A DNA stretch of 64,000 nt from an uncultured Chloroflexia bacterium (GTDB lineage Bacteria; Chloroflexota; Dehalococcoidia; UBA2979): NCBI GenBank assembly GCA_963728205.1, contig CAVSIV010000004.1, positions 128,001 to 192,000 of the forward strand, given 5' to 3'. Below the pieces are notes generated by a model, which worked only from the letters and a program-made list of their open reading frames with translations, was not told the DNA's origin and searched no databases. Each line of letters opens with the position of its first letter. Position 1 is the first letter of the stretch. The translations under genes and the position numbers were made by a program. Shown in pieces: positions 61,710 through 64,000 of this stretch.

Positions 61710-64000
61710 CCGCCGACGAGCGCGCCGCCGCCCGCCGCCGCGCACGCATGCGCGCGATCAGCCGCGCCGCCCGCGACGGCGGCGGTGTCTCGAATGGGGG
61801 CCCCGGCCGTCGGCTGCTCAGGGCGATCCTCGTCACGCTGGGCGCGCTGATCATCGTCGGGGCCGGCATCGCCGGCGCCGGTGGCGTCTACGTGATGAAC
61901 CGGTACAACCAGATCGCCGGCGGCGTCGTGCCGCCGGAGCAGCTGATCTCGAAGTTCTCGCGCGGCGGCGCGCAGATCTACGACCGCAACGGCAAGCTGC
62001 TCTATGAGGTCGTCGACGAGCTCGGCGGGCTGCGCCGCCCGGTCGCGCTCGCGGACATCTCGCCGTGGATGCCGAAGGCGACGGTCGCCACGGAGGACGC
62101 GTCGTTCTACACGAACAACGGCCTGAATACGCGCGGCCTCGCTCGCGCCGGCATCGAGAACCTCACCCCGTTCGGCACGGGCCTCTTCGGTGGCTCCGGC
62201 GGCTCGTCGATCACGCAGCAGCTGGCGAAGAACGTCTACATCCCGCGCGACGAGCGGGCCCAGCGCTCCATCGACCGCAAGGTCAAGGAGATGGTGATCG
62301 CGCTGGAGCTGACCAAGCGCTACAGCAAGGACCAGATCCTCGAGTGGTACCTGAACTCGATCCCGTACGGCTCGATCTACACGGGCGTCGAGGCCGCATC
62401 GCAGGGCTACTTCGGCAAGGATGCGAAGGACCTCACGCTCGCCGAGGCGGCGCTGCTGGCCGGCATCCCGCAGTCGCCGGCGGCATACGCGCCGCACGCG
62501 GGTGACGCCACGCTCGACCCGAGCAGCGCGACGAAGCGTCGCCAGCTCGAGGTGCTCCACCTGATGGTGGCGCACGGCCAGATCACGCAGGCGCAGGCCG
62601 ACCAGGCCGCGCAGCAGCCGATCGCGTTCAAGACGAACCGCTTCGACATCGAGGCGCCGCACTTCGTCCTCAACCGCGTCATTCCCGAGCTGAAGGACCG
62701 CTTCGGCGAGGACGCCGTCCTGCACGACGGCCTCCAGGTGACGACGAGCCTCAACCTCGACCTGCAGCACCAGGCCGAGGACATCCTCGCGAAGAACGTC
62801 GCCCAGTACGGCGACCCGGCGAACTCGCACAACGGCGCGACGATCGTGCTCGACCCGCTGACCGGCGAGATCCTCACGTACGTCGGCAGCGCCGACTACT
62901 TCAACGACTCGATCCAGGGGCGGGTCGACAACATCACGGCGCAGAACTCGCCGGGCTCGACGCTGAAGCCGTGGACCTACATGACCGCGTTCACGAAGGG
63001 CTGGGGCACCGGCACCGCGATCCTCGACACGCCGTTGTCGCTGATCGACTACGCCACGGGCCAGGCGTACACCCCGCGCGACCCGATCGCCGCCGTGCTC
63101 GGTCCGATCCCCGCGCACGAGGCCCTCGGCAACTCGCTGAACATCCCGGCGGTGAAGACGATCGTGTTCGCCGGCGTGAAGAACGTCGAGCAGATGCTGC
63201 GGCAGGTCGGCTACACGACGCTGCACAACCCGAACGGCTACGGCCCCTCGCTGACGGTCGGCGGCGTCGACATCACGCTCGAGGACCAGGCGATCGCGTA
63301 CAGCGTGCTCGCTACGGACGGGGTGATGCGCGGCCAGGACGTGGTCGTCGACCCGACCGTCGCAGGCGAGCGCAGCCTCGAGCCCGTCTCGCTGCTGAAG
63401 GTCACGGACTCGACCGGCAAGGTGCTCTACAACTTCGAGAAGCCGGTCGAGCGGCGGGTGTTGCCGGCGGAGTTCCCCTACCTGATCACGTCCGTGCTCT
63501 CCAACGGCCAGAACCAGTGCATCACCTACGGCGTGTGCAACGCGCTCGCGCTGGCCGACGGGCGCCCGTCGGGGGCGAAGACCGGGACGAGCGAGCCGTA
63601 CATCGACTCGCCGGGCCTCGTCGGCGACACCTGGACGATGGGCTACACGCCGAACCTCGTGGCCGGCGTGTGGGCCGGCAACTCCGACAACTCGCCGATC
63701 ACGGCGCTGTCGTCGACGACCGTCGCGCTGCACACCTGGAAAGAGGTGATGATGGCGGCGGTGCAGGACCTGAAGCTGCCGCCGACGCCGTTCGCGCGGC
63801 CGCCGGGCGTGGTGGAGAAGGAGGTCTGCTGGCCGTCGGGCAAGCTGCCGACCGACCTCTGCCCGCAGCTGAACCGCTACACGAGCCTCTACGCCGCGAG
63901 CGCGCTGCCGAGCGGCGGGCCGGACAAGGCGCCCGACCTCTACGACTCATGGTGGCAGAACGTGAAGATCGACACGCGCACCGGGCTGCTCGCCGCGCCG
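61706..64000 (+). CDS. Class A penicillin-binding protein (transglycosylase/transpeptidase), truncated by window end
   Basis: Manual translation: TM, ATEDASFY, GGSSITQQLAKN, RKVKE, ILEWYLN; GSTLK (SxxK), SLN, KTGT. Absent from the ORF track because it has no stop. Confidence 0.93.
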   Translation, partial: MTADERAAARRRARMRAISRAARDGGGVSNGGPGRRLLRAILVTLGALIIVGAGIAGAGGVYVMNRYNQIAGGVVPPEQLISKFSRGGAQIYDRNGKLLYEVVDELGGLRRPVALADISPWMPKATVATEDASFYTNNGLNTRGLARAGIENLTPFGTGLFGGSGGSSITQQLAKNVYIPRDERAQRSIDRKVKEMVIALELTKRYSKDQILEWYLNSIPYGSIYTGVEAASQGYFGKDAKDLTLAEAALLAGIPQSPAAYAPHAGDATLDPSSATKRRQLEVLHLMVAHGQITQAQADQAAQQPIAFKTNRFDIEAPHFVLNRVIPELKDRFGEDAVLHDGLQVTTSLNLDLQHQAEDILAKNVAQYGDPANSHNGATIVLDPLTGEILTYVGSADYFNDSIQGRVDNITAQNSPGSTLKPWTYMTAFTKGWGTGTAILDTPLSLIDYATGQAYTPRDPIAAVLGPIPAHEALGNSLNIPAVKTIVFAGVKNVEQMLRQVGYTTLHNPNGYGPSLTVGGVDITLEDQAIAYSVLATDGVMRGQDVVVDPTVAGERSLEPVSLLKVTDSTGKVLYNFEKPVERRVLPAEFPYLITSVLSNGQNQCITYGVCNALALADGRPSGAKTGTSEPYIDSPGLVGDTWTMGYTPNLVAGVWAGNSDNSPITALSSTTVALHTWKEVMMAAVQDLKLPPTPFARPPGVVEKEVCWPSGKLPTDLCPQLNRYTSLYAASALPSGGPDKAPDLYDSWWQNVKIDTRTGLLAAP

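Overview
A high-GC bacterial chromosome segment, most consistent with a Chloroflexota/Dehalococcoidia-like organism (inferred from gene content and style, not from a search). It is mostly housekeeping: a split arginine cluster (argJ, argB, argD, argG, argH), rpe, rpmB, a DAK2-DegV-recG group, argS, trpS, citrate synthase, gatCA, a CIRCE-controlled groEL with a 1-nt frameshift, Fe-S genes, an orphan nuoB, sodN/sodX, a selenocysteine-containing selD, two toxin-antitoxin modules and a class A PBP running off the end. The strongest candidate for an undescribed system is an exosortase-like protein paired with an 83-aa micro-substrate: signal peptide, 19-residue two-Cys peptide, then IPEVP-TM-basic tail. 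Also notable is a complete IS110 element whose bridge-RNA guides, donor junction, circle promoter and target site can all be read from the sequence. Other signals include a tandem-RHH antitoxin behind an 18-bp-arm operator, an LprG/P55-like lipoprotein-MFS pair, two REP/REPIN-like repeat families, a candidate Arg-rich leader peptide before argJ and many apparently leaderless genes. All family calls are from motif recognition; no database searches were run.
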